Positions 1 to 9,269 of a stretch of 11,190 bases of DNA are shown piece by piece. The notes under the pieces are model-generated. The model ran no database searches and was not told where the DNA came from. It was given only the letters and a program-made list of their open reading frames with translations. Position 1 is the first letter of the stretch. Each line of letters starts with the position of its first letter. Origin of the DNA: Octopus sinensis (lineage: Eukaryota); assembly GCF_006345805.1 (NCBI RefSeq), contig NW_021827153.1, forward strand, positions 1-11,190. The letters are read 5' to 3'. The position numbers were made by a program, and so were the translations under genes.

Positions 1-102
1 ACGTATGTACGTATGTATGTATGTATGTATGTATGCATGTATGTATGTATGTATGTATGTATGTATGTATGTATGCATGTATGTGTGTATGTGTGTATGT
101 GT
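1..102. repeat. (ATGT)n microsatellite grading into (GT)n
   Basis: Direct tandem ATGT units from base 1 with occasional substitutions. Confidence 0.95.
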
Positions 103-905
103 GAGTGGGTTTCTAACAAAGATACAAAGCTCCATCATCGGAAAGTAGATAACGAAAATAATGTCATGTTTTAAACCTGAGAAAAGTCTTGCAGAATTTT
201 ATTGTTCCACTTACGGATTATGTTTGTAATGTGCGAATCAGATTTCTTTTTCTGAAAATCCAAGTTTATCCAGACTGGCAGTTAGGCATGTACTTACGAA
301 ACCAAACTATGGCGTGTATGAGTCTATGTATGAAATATGATAGCATGTTTCCAGGTTTCTATTTAAAGAAAAAAAAACGAGGAAAACCACAATGTGTATG
401 TCACTCACGCACAAGCATATATGTATGCGTGTGAATGTATGTAAATCTTAAATGAAAATTCTTTTGAACTAACAAAGATATTCTGTCAGGATGTATATAT
501 ATATTATTTGAAATTATTTCTATTCTGTCTCGATTTCCTTCCGGTTGTATAGCACATATGCAGAAGCGAACAAACTCTGTTTGTATGGACAGGAATCAAT
601 TACATATGTACAGATATGTTTACATACACAAGTGTACACTCATATAATGAATGTGAGCAGAGTTTACTATTACAAAGAAAACGAAAAATATATATAAATA
701 TGATAGACAGAGACAGACAAAAAGACAGACAGACAAACAGAGATATAAGGATAGAGAGAGGCGTGGAGAGTGATGGATTTTAAAGTCGGTGGAACATCTT
801 TGTTCATAGATTGGTCATTCAGGACTGACCAGTAAAAGCAATAATAAATATATTTAAGCATTTCATAGCACTAAAATCTATGATTGCTCAATAGATTAAT
901 CTATT

Positions 906-1234
906 GTTAGAGCGTAGAGCTTGCGATCGTGAGGTTGTGAGTTCGATTCCTGGACCGGGCTGTGTGTTGTGTTCTTGAGCAAGACACTTTATTTCACGTT
1001 GCTCCAGTTAACTCAGCTGTAGAAATGAGTTGCAACGTCACAGGTGCCAAGCTGTAACGTCCTTTGCTTTTCCCTTGGATAACATTAGTGGTGCGGAGAG
1101 GGGAGGCTGGTATGCATGGGTGACTGCTAGCCTTCCATAAACAATCTTGCCCTGACTTGTGCCTGGAAGGGTAATTTTCTAGGTGCAATCCCATGGTCTG
1201 TGTCATGACCGAAGGGGGTCTCCTCCTCCTCTTC
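906..1234 (+). mobile_element. tRNA-derived SINE, family A, copy 1 (5'-truncated, A box missing)
   Basis: Pol III B box GTTCGATTCC at 941-950. Colinear homology with the minus-strand copy at 5547-6428 (e.g. ttgagcaagacactttatttc, ttcccttggataac, ctaggtg). Ends gaccgaagggggtctc plus a (CCT)n tail. CTATT flanks both sides (901-905, 1235-1239) as a candidate 5-bp TSD. Confidence 0.9.
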
Positions 1235-1266
1235 CTATTAAATTGTCACATGCGCGGTGAAAAAAA

Positions 1267-1753
1267 TGACTTGCATATTTATTGTTAATTCGTTCCGGTA
1301 AATTCGAACGTGGATATGCTGATCGCTGTTATGCTTCATCGCAGGAGATCAGCTTCTTCTTTACGACGAATGTGTGTTCACAACACACACGATTCATCAG
1401 AACAAAGGATTCTGGAGCACCCGGTGTTTCGACATCGCTGTGTCTCATCAGTGACAGACACCTCAGGATTAATGAATCTCATAATAACTATTTTTAACTA
1501 CAGCCAACAAACTGTTCGTTGATCCGTACCGATATCTGCCAACTGATAAATACATCGTCAAATGTGAGGTGAACAGATCCAAAGATGTCGAAAAACCACC
1601 TGTCCCAGAATCCCTTATGCAAACGAAGCGAGCCTCTTATAAACACACATTTATCATAAAAGTGAAGTTGCTCTCTTGTGATGGAACAAATCAGCGATTA
1701 GCATTTTCACGTTCGAATATGCCTAGACGCATTAAGAATAGATTTACAAGTCA
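1267..1753. repeat. Long imperfect inverted repeat (arms 1267-1450 and 1570-1753, 119-bp spacer); possible ancient foldback/MITE-like element
   Basis: Manual alignment of the left arm to the reverse complement of the right arm gives 132/184 identities with zero gaps. Termini are TGACTTG...CAAGTCA. No TSD found. Confidence 0.9.
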
Positions 1754-1930
1754 ACGTTAATCCGTTTAATCTCACTGAAATGATTCTGTATTATATTAAA
1801 TTACCTTCTTACGTCATAACGTCTACTTTTGAGGCAGTTTCCCGGTTTTGTTTTTCATTTCTGTTGGAGCAAAGTAAACATACTGGCAGACTGTATACCC
1901 CGCGGTTTCAGTGTTTCCGCCGGATAACAG

Positions 1931-2310
1931 TCTCCCCCCCCGCTTCTCTTCCTTAACACACTCTGCCTATCTCCCTTTCACACTGTTTATCTGTCTATCT
2001 GTCTTCTACACACACACACAAGTTCTTCCTCTCTCCGTTTCCTTCCTTCTCTCGGTTTCTTTCTTTCTCTTTCTCTCTCTCTTTCTCTTTCTCTCTCTCT
2101 CTCTCATACACACACATACACACGCACGTTCTCTCTCTCTCTCTCTCTTGGTATCTCTCTTTCTCACACACACACACCCACACATACTCACACACATACA
2201 CACGCACGTTCTCTCACTCTCTTCCTTTCCTTCCTTCCCTCTCTTCAACTCTCTCTTTCATTCACTCTCTCTCTCTCTCTCTTTTTCTCTCTCTCTCCCA
2301 CTTATTTCCT
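1931..2310. repeat. Compound (CT)n/(CA)n low-complexity tract
   Basis: Alternating CT and CA dinucleotide runs with pyrimidine-rich spacers. Confidence 0.9.
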
Positions 2311-2455
2311 TTTGAATTTTCCTTATTTTTCGCACAAACTTGTCATGCTTTACCATATATATATATATAATATATAGATAATAATATATAGATTTCATAT
2401 ATACTCACGTACATGTACATGCCTCCATATATATGTATATACACATGCATATATG

Positions 2456-2645
2456 GTTACGTGACGTCAAAAACAAAAACGTGAACAAAATGAGAAACGA
2501 AAACATAAAAGACAAAAGCATGGAAAACGAACTATTTTTTCGAACAACAGAAGAAACAAATAGAGAAAAGAGACAGGTAACATAAAGAGCATTCCCTTCA
2601 TCAGTTGAACCCTGGTTTATCTACTCCAAGTTTCGAAGGTAGGGG
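2456..2645. mobile_element. Unclassified probable dispersed-repeat fragment embedded between (AT)n tracts
   Basis: A-rich non-microsatellite block bounded by AT-rich microsatellite. Resembles a common octopus repeat (recall only). Carries TTCATCAG-N25-GTTTCGA. Confidence 0.35.
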
Positions 2646-2653
2646 ATATATAT

Positions 2654-2700
<47 letters not shown>

Positions 2701-2717
2701 ATGTGGTGTGTGTGTGT
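2646..2717. repeat. (AT)n + (GT)n microsatellite
   Basis: Direct dinucleotide runs. Confidence 0.95.
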
Positions 2718-2835
2718 AAAAAATATAAACTGGGACAAGAACGCAAAACATTTAGAAGACGATACAAAAAACACGGACAGGACATACGAAGCCTTCAATC
2801 TTCAGTCAAGAACCGGATCATCCTCGCAATTTCGG
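2718..2835. mobile_element. Unclassified dispersed repeat (TGGGACAAGAACGCAAAACAT family), copy 1
   Basis: The 21-bp string at 2731-2751 is identical to 4818-4838. Both copies directly follow AT/GT microsatellite plus an A-rich lead. Confidence 0.55.
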
Positions 2836-2937
2836 CACCCCTTAACACATTTCTCTAAATTCCTGCCAATCACCCCCTTGTGCTATTTCCCCTTATTTCA
2901 TTTCATTTCAAGAATGTTCTTACATATGACTGTGTCC

Positions 2938-2939
2938 TC

Positions 2940-2994
<55 letters not shown>

Positions 2995-3199
2995 CACACA
3001 TATATATTTATGGGTGTATATGTGTCAGTGGGTGTCATAATGGTATTGTTCGTAATAGCGATGCTTACAAACATACCAGTGTGCAGGTGCGTCCGCGCGC
3101 ATTTCCTTATGAGTACGTGTGTTTTCTTTCTCTCTTTTCTCCCCTCTCTTCTTTCTCATGCATGTTTGTATGTAGTTTATATACACACACATATATATG

Positions 3200-3230
<31 letters not shown>

Positions 3231-3357
3231 ATATATATAATATAGATATATATGTGTATATATATAATGTGTATATATATATACTATAACATATATATAT
3301 AAAATATGTATGTATATGTATATATATGTATGTGTGTGTGTATATATATACATATAC

Positions 3358-3412
<55 letters not shown>

Positions 3413-3467
3413 ATATATATATATATATACATATATATGTATGTATATATGTATGTATATATATATA
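2938..3467. repeat. (AT)n/(GT)n/(ATGT)n microsatellite cluster with a short unique island (about 3030-3175)
   Basis: Direct dinucleotide and tetranucleotide runs. Confidence 0.9.
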
Positions 3468-3762
3468 GGCGCTGAAGTAGCTGTGTGGTAGGTACCAACA
3501 CATGGTTTGGGGTTCAGTCCTATTGCGTGGCACCTTGGGCAAGTGTCTTCTACTATAGCCTCGGGCCGACCAAAGTCTTGTGAGCGGATTTGGTAGACGG
3601 AAACTGAAAGAAGCCCGTTGTATGTGTGTGTGTGTGTGGTTCCATGCATGCATGTATATATTTGTGCGTCTGTTTGTCCCACTACCATCGCTTGACAACC
3701 GATGTTGGTGTGTTGACGTCCCTGTAACCTAGCGGTTCGGCAAAAGAGAACCGATAGAATAA
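3468..3762 (+). mobile_element. tRNA-derived SINE, family B, copy 1 (3'-truncated)
   Basis: Colinear with 9270-9552 (gtggcaccttgggcaagtgt, ctactatagcctcgggccgaccaaag, ggaaactgaaagaagcccgt, gcttgacaaccgatg, agcggttcggcaaaagag). Degenerate A box and B box ggttcagtcc. Internal GT/AT microsatellite. Stops at gatagaataa. Confidence 0.92.
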
Positions 3763-3828
3763 TCTAACCCTAACCCTAACCCTTACCCTAAGCCTAACCC
3801 TAAAACCTAATCCTAACCCTAAAACCTA
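3763..3828. repeat. Interstitial telomeric-type repeat, about 11 degenerate (CCCTAA) units
   Basis: tctaaccctaaccctaacccttaccctaagcctaaccctaaaacctaatcctaaccctaaaaccta; the reverse complement is (TTAGGG)n-like. Confidence 0.9.
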
Positions 3829-3914
3829 TGTGTATGCATATACATATCGAAACACACTCTCAGACGGATATATATATATTATATATATATATATATAGTA
3901 TGTATATGTATATT

Positions 3915-3985
<71 letters not shown>

Positions 3986-4099
3986 CATATACATACATAA
4001 ATAATATATATATATATATATATAACATACATATATATAATATACATACATTACATACTACATACATACATATATATTAACATATATATACATATAATG

Positions 4100-4144
<45 letters not shown>

Positions 4145-4165
4145 AATATATACATAACACATATA
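3829..4165. repeat. (AT)n/(ATAC)n microsatellite cluster
   Basis: Long AT runs with ATAC interruptions. Confidence 0.92.
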
Positions 4166-4399
4166 TACTTGGGACACGTGCACAGAGACACACTCTCATC
4201 TACACAGAACGCGAACTCCTCCCCACCCCCCACACCACGACCCAAACCTACATTACTCATTCTATGATCTAGATCTACTTGTAACACATATTTTACATTT
4301 TACAAAGAATTTTTTGAAACTTCTTTTTTTTCTTTTCATTATTTCCTTCTTTCTCTTATTCTGCTTATTTCATTCGCGCCTTCATCTTTTCGTCGTCAA

Positions 4400-4590
4400 T
4401 TAATGTCCCCCCTCTCCCCCCTTCCCCCCTCTCTCTCTATCTGACTGTGTTTCTATATTTCTTACCATCTCCTTTTGTCTACTTCTCACTCCTACTCTCT
4501 CAATGCCCATGATTTTAAGTGTGTGCGTGTGTGTGTGAGGGAGGAGGGATACAGAGCGAGAGAGTGAGAGAGAGAGAGAGGAAGGAGGAG
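4400..4590. repeat. Low-complexity CT, GT and AG tracts
   Basis: Direct dinucleotide and pyrimidine/purine runs. Confidence 0.75.
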
Positions 4591-4659
4591 AATGCGGGAC
4601 AACCACATATGTTTGTCATATAGATTTTATAAATACATATGTCTCAGATGATGTGTGTG

Positions 4660-5182
<523 letters not shown>

Positions 5183-5546
5183 TCTCTATTTGTACATACG
5201 CGTATGGCTGCCAACAGAGGCTGCAATCGTCTCCAAATGGCCTCTGTCTTTCGATGGAAAAAAATAAATAGTGGAAACAAAATATAAAAAACTCTACGGA
5301 CCAAAATAGCCAGGATTCTTCAACCCGCTGCAACCGATCCTTCTGTCTCTGAAGTCACCATCAACCCCACTTCCCATCAGACCAGAATTTTCTAGATTTT
5401 CTACCGGTCACATAAAAACAGTAAAAACAGAAATACACAAGTCTTTTCTGTTTTCCTCGTGCTTCTAATCTGACATTGTTTATTTATATTTCTTCGTATC
5501 TCATTGTTTTGTTTTGTTTTGTTTTCTACTCTTCCTTTTGCCACGA

Positions 5547-5589
5547 TAAAGATCCCCTTCGGTCATGAATGATCATGGGATTACACCTA
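5547..5589 (-). mobile_element. 3' terminal piece of SINE family A copy 2 (split by LINE insertion)
   Basis: Reverse complement (taggtgtaatcccatgatcattcatgaccgaaggggatc) matches the 3' end of copy 1 (ctaggtgcaatcccatggtctgtgtcatgaccgaagggggtc, 1180-1220). Confidence 0.88.
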
Positions 5590-6133
5590 CCGCTCTATGT
5601 CACGCTGGTGAGACCCATATTGGAGTACGGGATTCATGCCTCTTCCCCTTATCTCCTCAAAGACATACAGCATCTCGAAAGAGTCCAGAAGCTGGCTACC
5701 TGCATGGTTCTTGGTCTCAAGCATTTGTCTTATGAAGAAAGGCTGAAGACGCTCAACCTTTATTCTCTAGAAAAACGACGACGCCGTGGTGATCTCATTC
5801 TTGCTCACAACATCATAAGCGGAAAGTGTAACCTCTCGAAAGAGCTGTTCTTCACTACTGCTCCAGAGCGTCGGCTGCGGGGTCATTCCGAAAAGCTCTA
5901 TCTGCGACGATTTTATCTCAATCGAAGGAGAGGGGGCTTTCTCCGTCCGGGTTGCGGATCCGTGGAATAAGCTGCCGGACGAGATAGTGTAGATGCCGAT
6001 GACCGCTCGGTTCAAAGTCTCTCTTGACCAGAAATGACCTGAACTCTTTACATGAACACCACCCTGTACATAACTCCATGTCCCCCTACATGGCCTTGCT
6101 TTTTGCTTTTTGAGCCAAAAAATTAACTAACTA
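5590..6133 (+). mobile_element. 5'-truncated CR1-clade LINE: C-terminal ORF2 remnant plus 3' UTR
   Basis: Translation LYVTLVRPILEY...HLERVQKLAT...LSYEERLKTLNLYSLEKRRRRGDLI...RLRGHSEKL. After a +1 shift in the G run at 5932-5936 it continues FSVRVADPWNKLPDEIV*..RFKVSLDQK, the typical CR1-type post-RT region. Ends in a (TAAC)n-like tail. TSD ACACCTA at 5583-5589 and 6134-6140. Confidence 0.92.
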
Positions 6134-6428
6134 ACACCTAGAAAGTTACCCTCCGAGACACAAGTCCGGGCAAGGTTGTTTATGGATGACCTGCAGTCGC
6201 CCTAGCAAAACAACCTCTCCTCTCCATAACACTGATGTTATCCAAGGGAAAGGCAAAGGGGCCGGTACATCTCGGCACCAGTGACATGCCAACTCATTTT
6301 TGCCAGCTGAGTGAACTGGAGCAACGGGAAATAAAGTGTCTTGCTCAAGAGCACAACACAGCCCCATATGGAATCGAACTCACAACCTCATGATTGTGAG
6401 CCCGACGCTCTAACCACTGAGCCATGCG
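6134..6428 (-). mobile_element. tRNA-derived SINE family A copy 2, main body with intact Pol III promoter
   Basis: On the minus strand: A box TGGCTCAGTGG (6424-6414) and B box GTTCGATTCC (6379-6370). Colinear with 906-1186. Confidence 0.92.
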
Positions 6429-6585
6429 ATGGTATTAAATGTAGTTTTAATGCGTAATTTGTTATGGATCGATCTTTACAAATGTTTCTTGTATTTCGGA
6501 CTGCTAACTTCTTACTAGGTCATGTAAAAAAACGAAACAAAATTGGAGTCATATCCACACCCATTTTGTTTTCGACCCTTACATA

Positions 6586-6622
6586 TGAGAGGCGTTCAAT
6601 AAGTAATGCCCCTGACCCACTT
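6586..6622 (+). repeat. Mariner left TIR
   Basis: tgagaggcgttcaataagtaatgcccctgacccactt, preceded by TA. Confidence 0.95.
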
Positions 6623-6658
6623 CCCATAGCAGTAGAGCAACGAAACTTGGCACAGTTA

Positions 6659-7697
6659 TTAGTCTTTTTCTACATAGGAACCACCCAGAGTTACGCATTT
6701 CTCCCATCGTTTGATGCGGCTCTGGAGACCGTTTTTGTAGAAGAACCCAGCTTGGTCCTCCAACCTCAACGTGACTTCAGAAAACAAGGCTGCATCATCT
6801 GGGAAACGCTTTCCTTTCAAAAACAACTTCATGATTGGGAAGAGGTGAAAATCAGAGAGTGCAAGGTCAGGAAAGTAGGGGGGATGGGGAGGAGTTCATA
6901 GCCATACGCCTGTGCTTCTGATCTGGCGACAAGCGAGTTGTGGACCGGAGCGTTGTCCTGCAGGAGGAGGATGCCTTTGCTGATCTTGCCCCGCCTCTTG
7001 ATTTTGATAACTTCTCTTAATTTCCTCAAAAGTGAAGCATATAGGCTCCTGCAATTGCCAGGAAATCTGTCATCACTACTCCGTCCTGGTCCCAGGAGAC
7101 TGTGAGCATGACCTTGCCAGCGGAGGGCTGCACCCTTGCCTTCTTTGGAGGGGGTGAGTCACGGTGCTTCCACTGCATTGACTGGGATTTGGTCTCTGGA
7201 TCATCGTGATGGACCCAGGTTTCATCCTGTGTAATCAGTCTTTTGAAACATTTTGACTCATCTTCTTGGCACATCTCCAAATTCACCCTCGAGCACTCGA
7301 CGCGTTCTTGCTTCTGGAAAGGTGTGAGCAACCTGGGAATCCATCTGACAGACACCTTTTGCATATGCAAATGGTCATGAATGATAGTTTCCACAGACCC
7401 GGTACTAATCTTGACCTCATGGGCTATTTGGCGAATAGTTATGCGTCGATCTTCCAAAATGGCAGCCTCAACTTGATGGACAGATGCCTCATCAATGGCA
7501 GAAGTGGGGCGACCAGATCTGGGAGCTGTTTCCACAGAGTTCCGACCGTGTTTGAATTCACGATGCCAGCGTTTTACAAGGTCATATGATGGGGCATCAT
7601 CACCATAAGTTACTTTCATTTCATCAAAAGTCTCCCGTGGTGTGCGTCCTTTCAAATACAAAAACCGGATCACTGCTCGACACTCAACAGGCTCCAT
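6659..7697 (-). pseudogene. Mariner transposase pseudogene
   Basis: ATG at 7697 (MEPVECRAVIRFL...RSGRP...WIPRLLT...ITQDETW). Frameshift near 7040, then QDNAP. Second frameshift near 6885, then HPPYFPDLALSDFHLF...RWEKC..LGGSYVEKD, stop at 6659-6661. 34 residues lie between the 2nd and 3rd catalytic Asp after frame correction. A short in-frame deletion (about 4 codons near 7055) is inferred from family knowledge. Confidence 0.93.
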
Positions 7698-7827
7698 TTC
7701 ACACTTGACTCGGTTCAAACACCTGTAAATCAGAAACCACAATTAATTCAGAGCTGTAATTTGCCACTTATTCTATAGAGATATAAATGATTGCACATGC
7801 AAGATTTCAGCTAGATCAAACAACTGC

Positions 7828-7864
7828 AAGTGGGTCAGAGGCATTACTTATTGAACGTCCCTCG
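7828..7864 (-). repeat. Mariner right TIR
   Basis: Reverse complement cgagggacgttcaataagtaatgcctctgacccactt, followed by TA. Confidence 0.95.
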
Positions 7865-8296
7865 TACATCATATTCCTAGGTCCTATATTTCTAAACTAC
7901 CTTTTTTGTATAAGTTCTTTAGTTACTTGAGATACGGTAAGGCAATTTGTCGTGCTGATGACGGTTGCTGAAGCAGAAACACGTATCAATGCCCACGACT
8001 GTCCTCCCATCTCCAGACAATAAACCTCTCTCTTTTTTTTTCCTTAATGGCATCTGAGCCCTGAAGAATTCCTGACTCTTAAGGTATTCTCCCCTTCTGA
8101 CAAGGAGCTGATCTTCATTGCCATTCGCTAACCAGGACACATCCTAGAGAGGCGGTTATTCTTATTATACTTAAAGGGTCCAGCTAGCAGAAACGTTAGC
8201 ACATCCCCTACTGTCATGTGTTTTACTTATATAATGGTGAACATGATAAAATGAGCGTTTGTATATGAATTCAAATATATGTCACATAATTCTGCA

Positions 8297-8758
8297 AATG
8301 AGCGGTACATCAGCGTCGCCGTGAGCGGTACATCATTTGTACGATGTGGAGAATATATCGCCAACTTTGCCCAAACGACCTGAACATTAGCTTCAAGGTT
8401 CATTCAAGACTGGGACCACGGGCCATACGTCCCCTGCCCAATTCAAGATCACAGCATACATGTACACTGCAACATAATTTCTTTTCCTCAACAGGCCCTG
8501 CTCTATTTAACATTGTCCCGAAAGAGATCAAAAAGGAAAAGGATCCCATCAACTTTAAACGGAGTCTGGATAGATTCCTTCAAGGAATACCAGATAAGCC
8601 ACCCATAATTAGATACAACTCACCCAACAAGAACTCACAACTTGAATGGACCATAAACAAAACTTGACTTAAACAAGATTCAAATAATCCTATCAGGTGG
8701 TGCTATTAAGTTAGACATGGCCTGGACCAATCTTTGGTCGAAACATATCTAAGTTTAT
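8297..8758 (+). mobile_element. 5'-truncated CR1-like LINE 3' end (a second family)
   Basis: Frame reads QRRRERYIICTMWRIY...CPN...FSSTGPALFNIVPKEIKKE...FKRSLDRFLQGIPDKP...*, a CR1-type ORF2 C-terminus (stop 8665-8667). The 3' UTR has a GACCA/TGGTC stem-loop. 8-bp TSD ATTCTGCA at 8289-8296 and 8759-8766. Confidence 0.85.
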
Positions 8759-9002
8759 ATTCTGCATGGCAGCTGACTACATGAAGGTGTTAGAGATTTA
8801 ACAGCTCTTCTTCGATAGTAATCAAATATAATACATTACATTCTGACGTATTTGCAAATAATTTGTCACGCTGCAGGCCTGGTTCAGTCGTTTGAAGAAT
8901 CGGCAACGTGAAACTCGGTTATGATTTAAGACTCTTCTGCTTCTAATAGAATATAGACATCTGAGAATTGAATAAATTTTTTCGTTGAAACACTCAGCAA
9001 TC

Positions 9003-9007
9003 CATAC

Positions 9008-9038
<31 letters not shown>

Positions 9039-9115
9039 GTATGTATGTATGTATGTATGTATGTATGTATGATGTATGTATGTATATATATACATATATA
9101 TAATGTATATCTATC

Positions 9116-9162
<47 letters not shown>

Positions 9163-9269
9163 AATTATATAATATATATATAGATATATATAATATATTA
9201 TATAATACATATATAAATTGGTGGTTGTATAAATCTATATGTATATAAATAAATGTATATATATATATA
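9003..9269. repeat. (ATGT)n and (AT)n microsatellite cluster
   Basis: Direct tandem runs. Confidence 0.92.

Larger units (their letters stand above)
6586..7864 (-). mobile_element. Full-length mariner (DD34D) DNA transposon, irritans-like
   Basis: 37-bp TIRs at 6586-6622 and 7828-7864 (33/37 identical), TA dinucleotides at 6584-6585 and 7865-7866, length 1279 bp, internal transposase. Confidence 0.96.

Noticed and set aside
1282-1760. ORFs in the palindrome arms as an inverted gene pair
   Set aside because: Arm mismatches show no third-position bias (18/18/16), and no frame is open in both arms.
1790-1900. Possible minus-strand exon ending at an AAG|GTAATT donor near 1803
   Set aside because: No open frame or partner exon; isolated splice-like words are expected by chance.
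3763-3828. True chromosome end
   Set aside because: The tract is only about 66 bp, degenerate and flanked by ordinary sequence on both sides.
5195-5206. 12-bp perfect palindrome CATACGCGTATG (also GATCTAGATC near 4267)
   Set aside because: Short and built from local ATAC/GTAT microsatellite words; expected by chance.
5569-5970. 133-aa ORF as a host gene
   Set aside because: It is a CR1-type LINE ORF2 C-terminal fragment with a chance start codon from the flanking SINE, and it is frameshifted near 5935.
6360-6428. tRNA gene (A and B boxes; likewise 906-960 and 9270-9345)
   Set aside because: No complete cloverleaf or acceptor stem. Each head continues into a multi-copy SINE body.
6464-7589. 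Plus-strand ORFs 6464-6901 and 7266-7589
   Set aside because: Antisense shadows of the mariner transposase.
7919-8140. 73-aa minus-strand ORF
   Set aside because: No recognisable domain, includes a T-run/AG low-complexity stretch, and has no supported splice context.
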